From: an uncultured Alphaproteobacteria bacterium
GTDB lineage: Bacteria > Pseudomonadota > Alphaproteobacteria > HIMB59 > GCA-002718135
DNA length: 64,000 nt
Assembly: GCA_902538155.1 (NCBI GenBank)
Contig: CACBDX010000002.1
Location: forward strand, 2,427-66,426
Reading direction: 5' to 3'
Position numbers and translations under genes: made by a program. The notes under the pieces were generated by a model. It worked only from the letters and a program-made list of their open reading frames with translations, made no database searches and had not been told where the DNA came from. This document shows, one piece after another, positions 43,304 through 53,049 of this stretch (positions within the stretch are counted from its first letter, which is position 1; each line of letters begins with the position of its first letter).

Positions 43304-44223
43304 CTCTTTTTTAATTTTGGATTTAAAGCATCTCTCATCCAATCCCCTAATAAATTAATTGATAATGCTAAAACAATTAAGAAAATTGCTGGAAAAAAAG
43401 TAATCCACCACTCACCTGAAAATAAAAAATTATTTCCAAACCTTATTAGAGTTCCAAGAGAAGGTGTTGTTGGTGGAACGCCAACACCTAAAAAACTTAA
43501 GGTGGACTCTGTAATAATAGCAAGTGCTAATCCAATTGTAGCAATTACTAAGATAGGCCGAAGTATATTTGGTAAAATATGCTTAAACATAATTAATATA
43601 TTTGATAATCCAATAATTCTTGAAGCTGAGACATACTCTTTATTTTTTTCAACTAAGGTTGATGCTCTCGATACTCTTGCAAATTGAGGCCATTCTGAAA
43701 TACCGATGGCAAAAATCAAAACATAAATTGCCATTTCGTCATGCATTGATTGTGAGATAATTGCCCTTGCAATACCATCAACAAGTAAAGCCATTAAAAT
43801 ACTTGGAATAGTTAACTGCACATCTGTAAGACGCATTACAATAATCTCATACCTACCACCAATATATCCGGCTGTAATTCCAAGGAAAACTCCAAGTATC
43901 ATTGCAAAAATTATAGATGCAAAACCAACGATCAGTGAAATTCTTGAACCATAAATCATTGTTGAAAACATATCTCTTCCCTGCTGATCAGTTCCTAAAA
44001 TGAAGCTAAAACTTCCTCCCTCCGACCATACTGGTGGGGTAAAGGCATCCATTAAAGAAACTGATGCTGGATCAAAAGGATTATAAGGAGCAACTATCCC
44101 AGCAAATACAGAACAAAAAAGTATAATAAAAAATATTGTTGAAGAAATTACTGCTAATTTAGAATTAAAGAAACTGTATCCAATATCAGTATCATATATT
44201 TTATTGTACGTTTTAAGTAGCAT
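43300..44223 (-). CDS. Peptide/nickel ABC permease (DppC-like)
   Basis: LGTDQQGRD, HILPN, LSFLGVG. Confidence 0.92.
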   Translation of the reverse strand: MLLKTYNKIYDTDIGYSFFNSKLAVISSTIFFIILFCSVFAGIVAPYNPFDPASVSLMDAFTPPVWSEGGSFSFILGTDQQGRDMFSTMIYGSRISLIVGFASIIFAMILGVFLGITAGYIGGRYEIIVMRLTDVQLTIPSILMALLVDGIARAIISQSMHDEMAIYVLIFAIGISEWPQFARVSRASTLVEKNKEYVSASRIIGLSNILIMFKHILPNILRPILVIATIGLALAIITESTLSFLGVGVPPTTPSLGTLIRFGNNFLFSGEWWITFFPAIFLIVLALSINLLGDWMRDALNPKLKKR

Positions 44224-44225
44224 TT

Positions 44226-45203
44226 CTAACTACCCTCTTCCTTAAGCCTAATTCTAGGATCAATAAAATAATATGTGATGTCTACAATAAAATTTATCAT
44301 AACAAATATAAAAGCTACCATGATCATATATGCTGACATTATAGGAATATCGACAAAGTATACTGCTTTGATAAATAATGACCCCATGCCTGGCCATTGA
44401 AAAACTGTTTCTGTAATAATTGAAAAAGCAATTAACGTTCCGATGTTGATACCTGTAATAGTAATAACTGGAATTAATCCATTTTTGAGGGCATGCTTAT
44501 AATTAATAACACCCCTTTTTATACCTCTAGCTTTTGCAAATTTAATATAATCTGTTTGTAAAATTTCCATCATTTCAGCGCGGACTAATCTAATAACATA
44601 GGTCATTTGAAATAAACTTAACGTAACAGATGGGAGTATAAGTGCTTTTAAACCAGAAGTAGTTAAAAATCCTGTAGTCCAAAAACCTAATTGTGTAACT
44701 TCACCTCTTCCAAAGGATGGAAGAACTCCTAAAATTACTGAAAACAAATAAATTAACATTATTCCTATAATGAATGTTGGTAAAGAAACCCCTGCTAGGG
44801 AAATCACAAGAATAATATTAGAAATAAAACTGTCTCTGTGAATACCAGTATATACACCCAAGATAACACCGCTGATGATTGCAATTAAAGCGGAGACAAA
44901 AACTAATTCTAAAGTTGCAGGCATTCTTTCTGCAATTAAGTCTGAAACTTCTCTTTTTAATTGGTATGATATTCCAAAATCACCTTGAATTACATTTCCT
45001 ATAAAACGTGAAAATTGAACGTAAACAGGATCATTTAAACCCAATACTTCTCTAACCTCAGCACGTCTTTCATCTGAAGCATCTTCTCCAGTCATACTAT
45101 TTACTGGATCACCAACAAAATTAAATAAGGAAAATGAAACAAAAGCTACAACAATCATTACAAGAATAGATTGAAAGAGTCTTTTAAAGAAATAGCTAAA
45201 CAT
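44226..45203 (-). CDS. Peptide/nickel ABC permease (DppB-like)
   Basis: GDFG.S, ATLEL, AKARG…HALKN, ETVF.WPG. Confidence 0.92.
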   Translation of the reverse strand: MFSYFFKRLFQSILVMIVVAFVSFSLFNFVGDPVNSMTGEDASDERRAEVREVLGLNDPVYVQFSRFIGNVIQGDFGISYQLKREVSDLIAERMPATLELVFVSALIAIISGVILGVYTGIHRDSFISNIILVISLAGVSLPTFIIGIMLIYLFSVILGVLPSFGRGEVTQLGFWTTGFLTTSGLKALILPSVTLSLFQMTYVIRLVRAEMMEILQTDYIKFAKARGIKRGVINYKHALKNGLIPVITITGINIGTLIAFSIITETVFQWPGMGSLFIKAVYFVDIPIMSAYMIMVAFIFVMINFIVDITYYFIDPRIRLKEEGS

Positions 45204-45212
45204 GGTTTAATC

Positions 45213-45234
45213 TCTGGCCAGATTACTGGCCAGA
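45213..45234 (-). terminator. Intercistronic stem-loop (attenuator or mRNA stabiliser) after the SBP gene
   Basis: TCTGGCCAG-atta-CTGGCCAGA, a GC-rich hairpin in AT-rich DNA. Confidence 0.7.
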
Positions 45235-45248
45235 AAATATAAAAATTA

Positions 45249-46823
45249 TTAGTTTACGTTTGCAAATCTAAATAATGGCTCGTTGTTCATTCTAATTGGA
45301 ACATCGACATTACTTTTTGATGCTTGGTTGACAACTTGGTGATGTAAAGGAAGATATGTTACATCATCTTGTGTAATATCCCAAGCTTCAGCAATCATAG
45401 CATTTCTTTTATCTTGATCTGTTTCAACACCCATTGCCGCTACTAACTCATCAACTCTAGCATTACTGAAATTAACTTTATTCCAGCTACCAGCACTATC
45501 AAATAAGTACGAGTATACGTAATGACTATCAAAAGTTGGAACACCCCAACCTAACATGTACATGTCACTTGTCATACCGTTTGCGTCACCTTCTTTAACT
45601 TCTGAGAAGTGTTGACTTTTAGTTTTTGCATCAAGAGTTACATCAACTCCAATTTTAGCAAACATACCAATTGCAGCAACACAGATTGCTTCATCATTAA
45701 TATAACGATCATTTGGACAATCTAGTGTAACCTCAAATCCATCTGGATAACCAGCTTCTGCTAATAGTTTTTTTGATAGCTCTGGATCATAAGGTAATCT
45801 TTCATCACGTGCAGCTGTATGACCGTTTACACCAGGAGCAGTGATAATTCCTGCAGGAACACTTTGTCCTCTCATTACCTTATCCTTAATAGCTTCCATA
45901 TCTAAAGCATGGTACATAGCTAAACGAACTCTTTTATCTGCAAAAGGATTTTTACCTTTGATATTAGATGAATTTAATTCAGCAGAACCTTGATCCATTC
46001 CAAAAAATATTGTTCTATTTTGAGGAGTCATTTTTACACCATGTCCAGCAGAAGATTTGATTCTCTCAATATCTTGAACAGGAACAACGTTTGTGTAATC
46101 AATTTCTCCAGATAGAAGTGCTGCAACTCTTGTTGCATCATTTGCAATTGGAAGTAATTCAATAGTATCTACATTGAAAGTACTATCATCACCCCACCAA
46201 TCATTATTTTTTTCAAAAACAGTTCTTACGTCCTGTTCTCTAAAAGTAATTTTGAAAGGTCCAGTTCCGTTTGCATTAGAAGCACAATAAGATGTTTCAC
46301 CTGCATCCCAGTTGTATGAAACTTCACAACCATTTGCTTTTGCCCAATCTTCAGACATAACAAATATCTGAGTTAATTGATTTAAAAGAATTGGATTTGG
46401 TCCATCTGTTACAATCTGAACTGTGTGATCAGTTAATGCTGATGCTGATTTAATGCTTTTAATTAAATCTACCATATCAGATGGAGCAGTTTTTGCTCTA
46501 TTGATACTAAAAGCAATATCACTAGCTGTTAAATCTGATCCATCATGAAATTTTACACCCTTACGAATTGTAAATATCCAAGTGTCATCAGCAGTTGTTT
46601 TCCATGATTCAGCAAGCTGAGGAAGTATTTCCATATTAATACCTGGAGTTACTAAACCTTCATATACTTGACGCGAAACCATGTGAGTTGGTCCTTCGTT
46701 TTGTGCATGCGGATCAAGAGTTAAAGAGTCACCAGGCATTGACCATTTAATAGTGTTTGCAAATGCTGGTGAGAAAATACCCATGAAAAGCAAAGACAAA
46801 ACAATGCTTAAAGTCTTTTTCAT
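45249..46823 (-). CDS. ABC substrate-binding protein, family 5
   Basis: Signal peptide from ATG 46823 with GGAGG RBS; TLDPH, LAESW, GVKFHDG, GTGPF. Confidence 0.92.
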   Translation of the reverse strand: MKKTLSIVLSLLFMGIFSPAFANTIKWSMPGDSLTLDPHAQNEGPTHMVSRQVYEGLVTPGINMEILPQLAESWKTTADDTWIFTIRKGVKFHDGSDLTASDIAFSINRAKTAPSDMVDLIKSIKSASALTDHTVQIVTDGPNPILLNQLTQIFVMSEDWAKANGCEVSYNWDAGETSYCASNANGTGPFKITFREQDVRTVFEKNNDWWGDDSTFNVDTIELLPIANDATRVAALLSGEIDYTNVVPVQDIERIKSSAGHGVKMTPQNRTIFFGMDQGSAELNSSNIKGKNPFADKRVRLAMYHALDMEAIKDKVMRGQSVPAGIITAPGVNGHTAARDERLPYDPELSKKLLAEAGYPDGFEVTLDCPNDRYINDEAICVAAIGMFAKIGVDVTLDAKTKSQHFSEVKEGDANGMTSDMYMLGWGVPTFDSHYVYSYLFDSAGSWNKVNFSNARVDELVAAMGVETDQDKRNAMIAEAWDITQDDVTYLPLHHQVVNQASKSNVDVPIRMNNEPLFRFANVN

Positions 46824-46964
46824 ATTATTTCCTCCATAGAAATTTGATGGTAGACCCATACAACTTCAATGGAAATATTCAATATTATTAGTATTAATAA
46901 GTGCTATATTTTGTCATAATTATTAATATTAATTTAGACATACCCTTGGAGGAGGCTTGATATA

Positions 46965-47615
46965 GTGAAAAAAATAGAGAAGGCACAAGAAATCTCTAGA
47001 ATACTAAATCGTATATACAGAAAAGTACCTATTCCTCTTAACCACAAAAATAAATTTGAATTAGTTGTAGCTGTACTTCTTAGTGCTCAATGTACAGATG
47101 AAAGAGTTAATCAAGTTACACCAATACTATTTAAAAAAGCTAACACAGCTATAAAAATGACAAAAGTGCCAAAAAAAACAATTTATAATATTATTCGCCC
47201 TTGTGGTTTGGCACCTCAAAAATCAAAAGCAATTTTTGAACTATCAAGAATTCTTGTAAAAAAATTTAAAGGCAATGTTCCAGAAAGTTTTGAAGAATTA
47301 GAAAAGTTGCCAGGTGTTGGTCACAAAACAGCCAGTGTTGTTATGTCTCAAGGATTTGGTCATCCAGCATTTCCAGTTGATACACACATTCATCGTTTAG
47401 CTCAACGTTGGGGTTTAACAAATGGTAAAAATGTTGTGCAAACAGAAAAAGATTTAAAGTATCTTTTTCCAAAAAAATCTTGGAACAAACTTCATTTACA
47501 AATAATATTTTATGGAAGAGAATTTTGTCAGGCAAGAAGTTGTTATGGTTTGAAGTGTGAAATATGCAAGGTTTGTAATCCAAAGAGAAAAACACCTATT
47601 AAAACAAAAAAGTAG
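46965..47615 (+). CDS. nth: Endonuclease III
   Basis: LSAQCTD, LPGVGHKTA (HhH), PVDTH; GGAGGAGG RBS. Confidence 0.93.
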   Translation: MKKIEKAQEISRILNRIYRKVPIPLNHKNKFELVVAVLLSAQCTDERVNQVTPILFKKANTAIKMTKVPKKTIYNIIRPCGLAPQKSKAIFELSRILVKKFKGNVPESFEELEKLPGVGHKTASVVMSQGFGHPAFPVDTHIHRLAQRWGLTNGKNVVQTEKDLKYLFPKKSWNKLHLQIIFYGREFCQARSCYGLKCEICKVCNPKRKTPIKTKK

Positions 47616-47618
47616 TAA

Positions 47619-48038
47619 TTAAAAAGGCTGAAATACAACAAGTATAAGTATAAAAATCAATATTACTGCTGGCGCTTCATTTGTAATTCTAAAAAACTTA
47701 GTAGAGTATTTATTTTTATCATTTTTAAAATCATTAAGACATTTTAAACAAAAAAAATGATAGCCAGATAATAAAATTACAAATAAAATTTTTAAAAGCA
47801 ACCAAGTATCAATACCCACATAATGTGTAAGTGTAAAACCTGATATCCACGTCACTATAAAAGCTGGAAACATAATTATTCTGTACAATTTTCCTTCCAT
47901 TAGTTTGAATGTTTCTGAGGTTTCTTTTGTAATTTCAGGATTAGCATGATTTACAAACAAACGTGGCAGATATAAAAGTCCAGCCATCCAAGCTATGATA
48001 CTAAAAATATGAATAACTTTCAGAGTATTAAATAACAT
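47619..48038 (-). CDS. hemJ: Protoporphyrinogen oxidase HemJ
   Basis: H…WMAGLLYLPRLFV.H, ME.KLY..IM, FFR..NE.P. Confidence 0.92.
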   Translation of the reverse strand: MLFNTLKVIHIFSIIAWMAGLLYLPRLFVNHANPEITKETSETFKLMEGKLYRIIMFPAFIVTWISGFTLTHYVGIDTWLLLKILFVILLSGYHFFCLKCLNDFKNDKNKYSTKFFRITNEAPAVILIFILILVVFQPF

Positions 48039-48041
48039 TAT

Positions 48042-48851
48042 TTATTCCCATACCGCGTGAGGAGGCATTGACATTAATATAGCATCAACATTCCCACCAG
48101 TCTCTAGACCAAATTTTGTACCTCTATCATATAATAAGTTAAATTCAGCATAGCGACTACGCTTAACTAATTGTATCTTTTTTTCCTCTTCATTCCACTC
48201 TTCATCCTTAAGTGCAATTAAAGTATTTTTGATAAACTGATGAAAATAAGTACCTACGTCTTGGACAAATTCAAAATCTTTTCCCCAATCGCCAGTTTGA
48301 AGGTAATCAAAAAATATTCCTCCAACACCTCTTGGTTCGTTTCTATGTTTAAGAAAAAAATATTCATCACACCATTTTTTAAATTTAGGATAATATGATT
48401 TATCATACTTGTTACACAAAACTTCTAATCCACGATGATATTTTTTCTCATCCTCAAATATTACACAAGGTGTAATATCCATGCCTCCACCAAACCATTC
48501 CTGAGTAGTTTTAATAAATCTTGTATTAAAATGCATAGAAGGAATTTTAGGTGAAACAGGATGTAAAACAACACTGATGCCGGTTGCATTATAATTTGGA
48601 TCTTCTTTAGCGCCTGGAATAGCATCTCTCATATTTTCGTTAAATGTCCCAGAGACGGTAGAAATATTTACTCCACCTTTTTCAATAATATTACCCTTAA
48701 TTTTACTCATCTTACCACCACCATCACCTTTGTGATCCCAGTTACTTATTTCAAATTGATTTTCATCAATATTTTGAATAGTTTCAACTAAGTTATCTCG
48801 TAATTTTTCAAACCATTTTTTTGCAGTATTAAATTTGGGATCAGCAATCAT
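48042..48851 (-). CDS. hemF: Oxygen-dependent coproporphyrinogen III oxidase
   Basis: EKGGVN, HFNTR, WFGGG.D.TP, RGVGGIF, EFNLLYDRGT.FGL. Confidence 0.95.
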   Translation of the reverse strand: MIADPKFNTAKKWFEKLRDNLVETIQNIDENQFEISNWDHKGDGGGKMSKIKGNIIEKGGVNISTVSGTFNENMRDAIPGAKEDPNYNATGISVVLHPVSPKIPSMHFNTRFIKTTQEWFGGGMDITPCVIFEDEKKYHRGLEVLCNKYDKSYYPKFKKWCDEYFFLKHRNEPRGVGGIFFDYLQTGDWGKDFEFVQDVGTYFHQFIKNTLIALKDEEWNEEEKKIQLVKRSRYAEFNLLYDRGTKFGLETGGNVDAILMSMPPHAVWE

Positions 48852-49873
48852 AATGGCCAACCTTGAGTATGTTTTTTTATCAGATTTACAAAAACGTCTA
48901 TGTGATCATCGTGATCATTCAAGCAAGGTATATAATGATAATTTTCTCCACCTGACTCCATAAAATATTCTTTATTTTCTTCTTCAAGTTCTTCAAGTGT
49001 TTCAAGACAATCACTACTGAAACCAGGAGATATTATATGTATATTTTTAATCCCTTGTTTTGGTAATTCTTTTAATGTTTCACTTGTATATGGCTTTAAC
49101 CATTCCTCTCTTCCAAATCTACTTTGGAAAGTAGTCATTATCTCATCATCGGATAATCCCATATGTTCTTTAACAAGTCTTGTGGTTTTAAGACAAAAGC
49201 AATGATACGGATCACCATTAGTCAAATACCGTTTTGGTATACCATGATAACTAAAAATAATTTTTTGTGGTTTTGAAGTTTTTTTCCAAAACGACTTTAT
49301 TGAATTTGACAATGCTTCAATATATTTTTTTTCTTCAAAGTACTGATTGATAAAACGCATTTCAGGTATCCAACGCCATTTTTGCAATACATTTGTTACT
49401 TCATCAAATGTACTGCCTGTTGTTGCAGCACAATATTGCGGATACATAGGTAAAACTAATAATCTTCTTACTTGTTTTTTTTGAAGTTTTAACAAAGCAT
49501 CTGGAATTGATGGATTGCCATAACGCATCCCAACTTCAAAAATTATATTTTCATTTTTTGAAGAAAAAGATGATTGGATTTTATTTAGTTGTCTGTTTGC
49601 GATATCTAAAAGTGGAGAACCCTTATCAGTCCAAATTTGTTTATATGCTTCTGCTGACTTTGATGGTCTTATTTGTAAAATTACTAGCTTCAATATAATT
49701 TGCCATAAGATTTTAGGTAATTCGATTACTCTAGGGTCAGACAAAAATTGATTAAGATAAACTTTTAGTTCTTTTTTATTTGGAGCATCTGGAGTGCCTA
49801 GGTTAGTAATTAAAACACCAATTTTTTCTTTACTCCCGTGCTCATAATCTTTTTCACCTATATATTTAACCAT
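48848..49873 (-). CDS. hemH: Ferrochelatase
   Basis: NLGTP, MRYG.P, SYHGIP, FQSRFG, DCLETLEE. Confidence 0.95.
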   Translation of the reverse strand: MVKYIGEKDYEHGSKEKIGVLITNLGTPDAPNKKELKVYLNQFLSDPRVIELPKILWQIILKLVILQIRPSKSAEAYKQIWTDKGSPLLDIANRQLNKIQSSFSSKNENIIFEVGMRYGNPSIPDALLKLQKKQVRRLLVLPMYPQYCAATTGSTFDEVTNVLQKWRWIPEMRFINQYFEEKKYIEALSNSIKSFWKKTSKPQKIIFSYHGIPKRYLTNGDPYHCFCLKTTRLVKEHMGLSDDEIMTTFQSRFGREEWLKPYTSETLKELPKQGIKNIHIISPGFSSDCLETLEELEEENKEYFMESGGENYHYIPCLNDHDDHIDVFVNLIKKHTQGWPL

Positions 49874-49878
49874 ATCTA

Positions 49879-50877
49879 TTAGCTAAATTCTTTTCTGATA
49901 TTTTCTATAAATAAATGAACATTTTTTTCTGGAGTATTTTTGTTAATTCCATGTCCAAGGCCACAAATCCAGCCATTAAGATTTTCAATTGATTTCATTT
50001 TTTCAATAAAATCTTTTAAATTATTAATAAATGTATCTGTTTCACTCAACATTAATAGTTCATTGAAATTTCCTTGAATAAATCCATGTTTTTGATTTTC
50101 AAACATAAATTTAAGATCTATTGTGTGATCATAGCCAAAACCAGCAAAGGGGAAACTGATGATAGAATTTAGATCTGTTAAACTCTTGCCTCTTGAATAA
50201 TAGCCAAGTTTATTTGGAAAAGAAATTGCTATCTCTTCCAAAAATTTTGAATAAATTTCATGAAAATTTATTTTATCTAAATCATACAAGGAGCTATCAA
50301 AAATCATGACAAGTTCAACACCTGCATCTAATTGTAATTGAATATTTTTCTTTAGAAGGGGTAAAAGAATTTTTGAAATAAATTCTAAATTCATTTTAGT
50401 GTCAATTAAATCAGAGTTATTATTTCCAAATGCATATTTTGATAATGTCCAAGGTCCACCAACAAATCCAATTAAACTTTTATTATCTGGCAATTTCTCT
50501 TTTGTTATTTTTATAGCTTCAAATTGAAATTGCATATGCTCAATGCCACGATCAATATTATTATAATCATTAATGTTTTCTGAATTTATATAAGAATTAA
50601 ATTTTGGTCCTGGGTCAAACTTTAATTCTAAACCAAGTCCCTCCAAGATAAATAAAATATCACTGAATAAAATTGCAATGTCGTAATCAAATTCTTGTAT
50701 TGGACCAAAAGCAACTTCTGCGGCTAAATCTGGAGTTTTACAAAGTTCTTCAAAAGTATATTTTTCTTTGAGCTTGCGATAATGCGAATGATACCTTCCG
50801 GCCTGTCTCATGAACCAAATGGGGGGTGTTTTTTGGATATTTCTTTTGAGAGCATTTTCGAATAAAATATTTGTCAT
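49879..50877 (-). CDS. hemE: Uroporphyrinogen decarboxylase
   Basis: PIWFMRQAGRY, ILFSDIL, GFVGGPWT, QGN, LGHG. Confidence 0.93.
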   Translation of the reverse strand: MTNILFENALKRNIQKTPPIWFMRQAGRYHSHYRKLKEKYTFEELCKTPDLAAEVAFGPIQEFDYDIAILFSDILFILEGLGLELKFDPGPKFNSYINSENINDYNNIDRGIEHMQFQFEAIKITKEKLPDNKSLIGFVGGPWTLSKYAFGNNNSDLIDTKMNLEFISKILLPLLKKNIQLQLDAGVELVMIFDSSLYDLDKINFHEIYSKFLEEIAISFPNKLGYYSRGKSLTDLNSIISFPFAGFGYDHTIDLKFMFENQKHGFIQGNFNELLMLSETDTFINNLKDFIEKMKSIENLNGWICGLGHGINKNTPEKNVHLFIENIRKEFS

Positions 50878-50879
50878 TT

Positions 50880-52388
50880 TTAGGCTTTTAGTAATTTTTT
50901 CTTCCAACTATCATAAGATAGCTCAACAAAAAGATTTTTATCATTACCTAATATTTTACTAATCTCATTATAAGTATTTCCTGGGCCGCAAAAATGATAT
51001 TTTTCTATAATTTTAGGATATTTATCAATACTCACCTTAAAAGCTGAACTGCTCATCCAATAAAAGTACTTTTTCTTTTCTATATCTATTTCAAAATCGA
51101 TAGACTCCAATTGATACGTTTCAATTTTATTTTTTATTGAACTTTCAGGAGATTGAGAATGAGTTAACTTAACCCAAGGATTATTTGTAAGTGAATTAAT
51201 ATCTTTATCAAAGTCCTCACCCAAACCATCTGAAGTTCCATTAACCCAAATACCTCTTTCAGATAAATTTTTCCATGTTCTTAAACCACTAGTCCAAATA
51301 AGATTATTTGATTGGATTTTTGACCTATCTGGAATTGAGCTAATTCGTGAAACATAAATACATTTATTTTGTAAATTATTTATATCATCGACATTTTCAT
51401 TTAATTGTCTTCTAGAAAATATTTTATAATTTTTTAAATTTTCAGGATAAATTTCATCTGTTGTATTACTAGAAAAACTTATATCTTTTGGATCAATAAA
51501 ATCCCAGCTCTCAAAATGATTACCATTTTCATCTTCACCTCTTTTAGATACAACTAATCCTAATTTATGTGAGATGTAAGATACTCCTATTTTTTGGTGA
51601 CATCCTCCTCCATAATTTTTTAAAATATTTCTTTCTTGAATAACATTCGAATAATCTTTGGAAAAATTAATATCATTTAGAATTTCGTTAAGTTTATTAT
51701 CATTAATTCTTGTTTCAATCGCTAGAGCTCCTTGTCCGGGAGAACAAGGGTTTATAGATAATGGTAAAACAGACCAAAGACATTCGTTAATATATTCTTT
51801 TAGAGTTGTTTTTAATTCATTAAATTCAGAATAATTATTTAAAAGTAATCTATCAATTGCTGCCTTAGCAACAATAAAACCATCACTATTAGGATCTTCC
51901 AAAAATTTTTTAAATCTAGTGGGTATGTTACCCCTTATATTTTCAAAGCAAACTTCATCAAACTTTTGTGGAAGATAATTTTCAATAAAATTTTCTAAAT
52001 TATATTGTCTGCGAGGTGATGAGCAAAGAATAGTAATTTTCTTACCATCCATTTTTTTATTTTTTTTTAAGAATAATATATCTCGTTTATCAGCACGTTT
52101 TAATGTAGCAGCAATTTTAGTTTTCTCACCAACTTCAATTGGAAGATCCTTCCAAGAATGGACAATTAAATCACATTTATTATTTATTAATTCATCTCTT
52201 AAATCATTAGTAAAAACACCTTCTGTTGGCATTTCAGAAAGAGGTGTTTTTAGATCTTTATCTCCTGAAGTACTTCTTGTTAAAAATTCTATTTCTACAA
52301 AAGGATGTTTTGATTGCAAATAATCGGAAAATTCACGTGCTTGAATTATTGCCAAGTCACTTTTTCTAGATAAAATTCTTATTTTCAT
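50880..52388 (-). CDS. hemC: Hydroxymethylbilane synthase with C-terminal extension (probable HemC-HemD)
   Basis: SRKS.LA..Q, VHSWKD, SSPRR, IRGN..TR, PGQGALA, GGGCH; about 200 extra aa. Confidence 0.88.
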   Translation of the reverse strand: MKIRILSRKSDLAIIQAREFSDYLQSKHPFVEIEFLTRSTSGDKDLKTPLSEMPTEGVFTNDLRDELINNKCDLIVHSWKDLPIEVGEKTKIAATLKRADKRDILFLKKNKKMDGKKITILCSSPRRQYNLENFIENYLPQKFDEVCFENIRGNIPTRFKKFLEDPNSDGFIVAKAAIDRLLLNNYSEFNELKTTLKEYINECLWSVLPLSINPCSPGQGALAIETRINDNKLNEILNDINFSKDYSNVIQERNILKNYGGGCHQKIGVSYISHKLGLVVSKRGEDENGNHFESWDFIDPKDISFSSNTTDEIYPENLKNYKIFSRRQLNENVDDINNLQNKCIYVSRISSIPDRSKIQSNNLIWTSGLRTWKNLSERGIWVNGTSDGLGEDFDKDINSLTNNPWVKLTHSQSPESSIKNKIETYQLESIDFEIDIEKKKYFYWMSSSAFKVSIDKYPKIIEKYHFCGPGNTYNEISKILGNDKNLFVELSYDSWKKKLLKA

Positions 52389-52430
52389 TACTTATATTTC
52401 TATAAATAACACTATATTGTAAAATTGGTA

Positions 52431-52994
52431 ATGGTTGAATTTAAAGGTACAAAATCTTCGTGGGGCTTGGTTGCAAAACTTTTTCATTGGTCATTGGCAC
52501 TTCTTCTTTTTTGGCAAGTTGCAATAGGGATTAGCCTTCATAATATGGAATTTTCTCCTCTTAAAATGGGTTTTATTATTAGTCATAAATTTTTTGGCAC
52601 CGTAGTTTTTAGTTTAGTTGTGCTTAGATTAATGTGGAAATACATATTTAACACTCATCCCAAATATGAAAATATACCTTTATTTCATAAATTGGTTTCG
52701 AATTTAGTCCATTTTGTTCTTTATGGTTTAGTTATTCTTATTCCTATTCAAGGTACCTTTATGACATGGCTTGGAGGAGAGGATGTTCATCTCTTGGGAT
52801 TAATTAAAATACCACCTTTAATAGAAGAGAACTTTTTTCTATACCCTCAAGCTCTAGCTATACACTACTACTCAGCACTTATATTAACAGCTCTTTTTTC
52901 ACTTCATATTGCAGCAGCGTTGTATCATCGATTCATAATTAAAGATAAATATGGTGTTTGGAAGAGAATGTCTTTTAGTAGAAATAAGGTGTGA
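52431..52994 (+). CDS. Cytochrome b561
   Basis: Four TM helices with His ligands: FHW, HKFFG, VH, H…HIAAALYH. Confidence 0.88.
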   Translation: MVEFKGTKSSWGLVAKLFHWSLALLLFWQVAIGISLHNMEFSPLKMGFIISHKFFGTVVFSLVVLRLMWKYIFNTHPKYENIPLFHKLVSNLVHFVLYGLVILIPIQGTFMTWLGGEDVHLLGLIKIPPLIEENFFLYPQALAIHYYSALILTALFSLHIAAALYHRFIIKDKYGVWKRMSFSRNKV

Positions 52995-53049
52995 CAATTC
53001 ACTCAATTAAACACTTACAATTAAACATCGTCTAAGATATCTAATAAAA

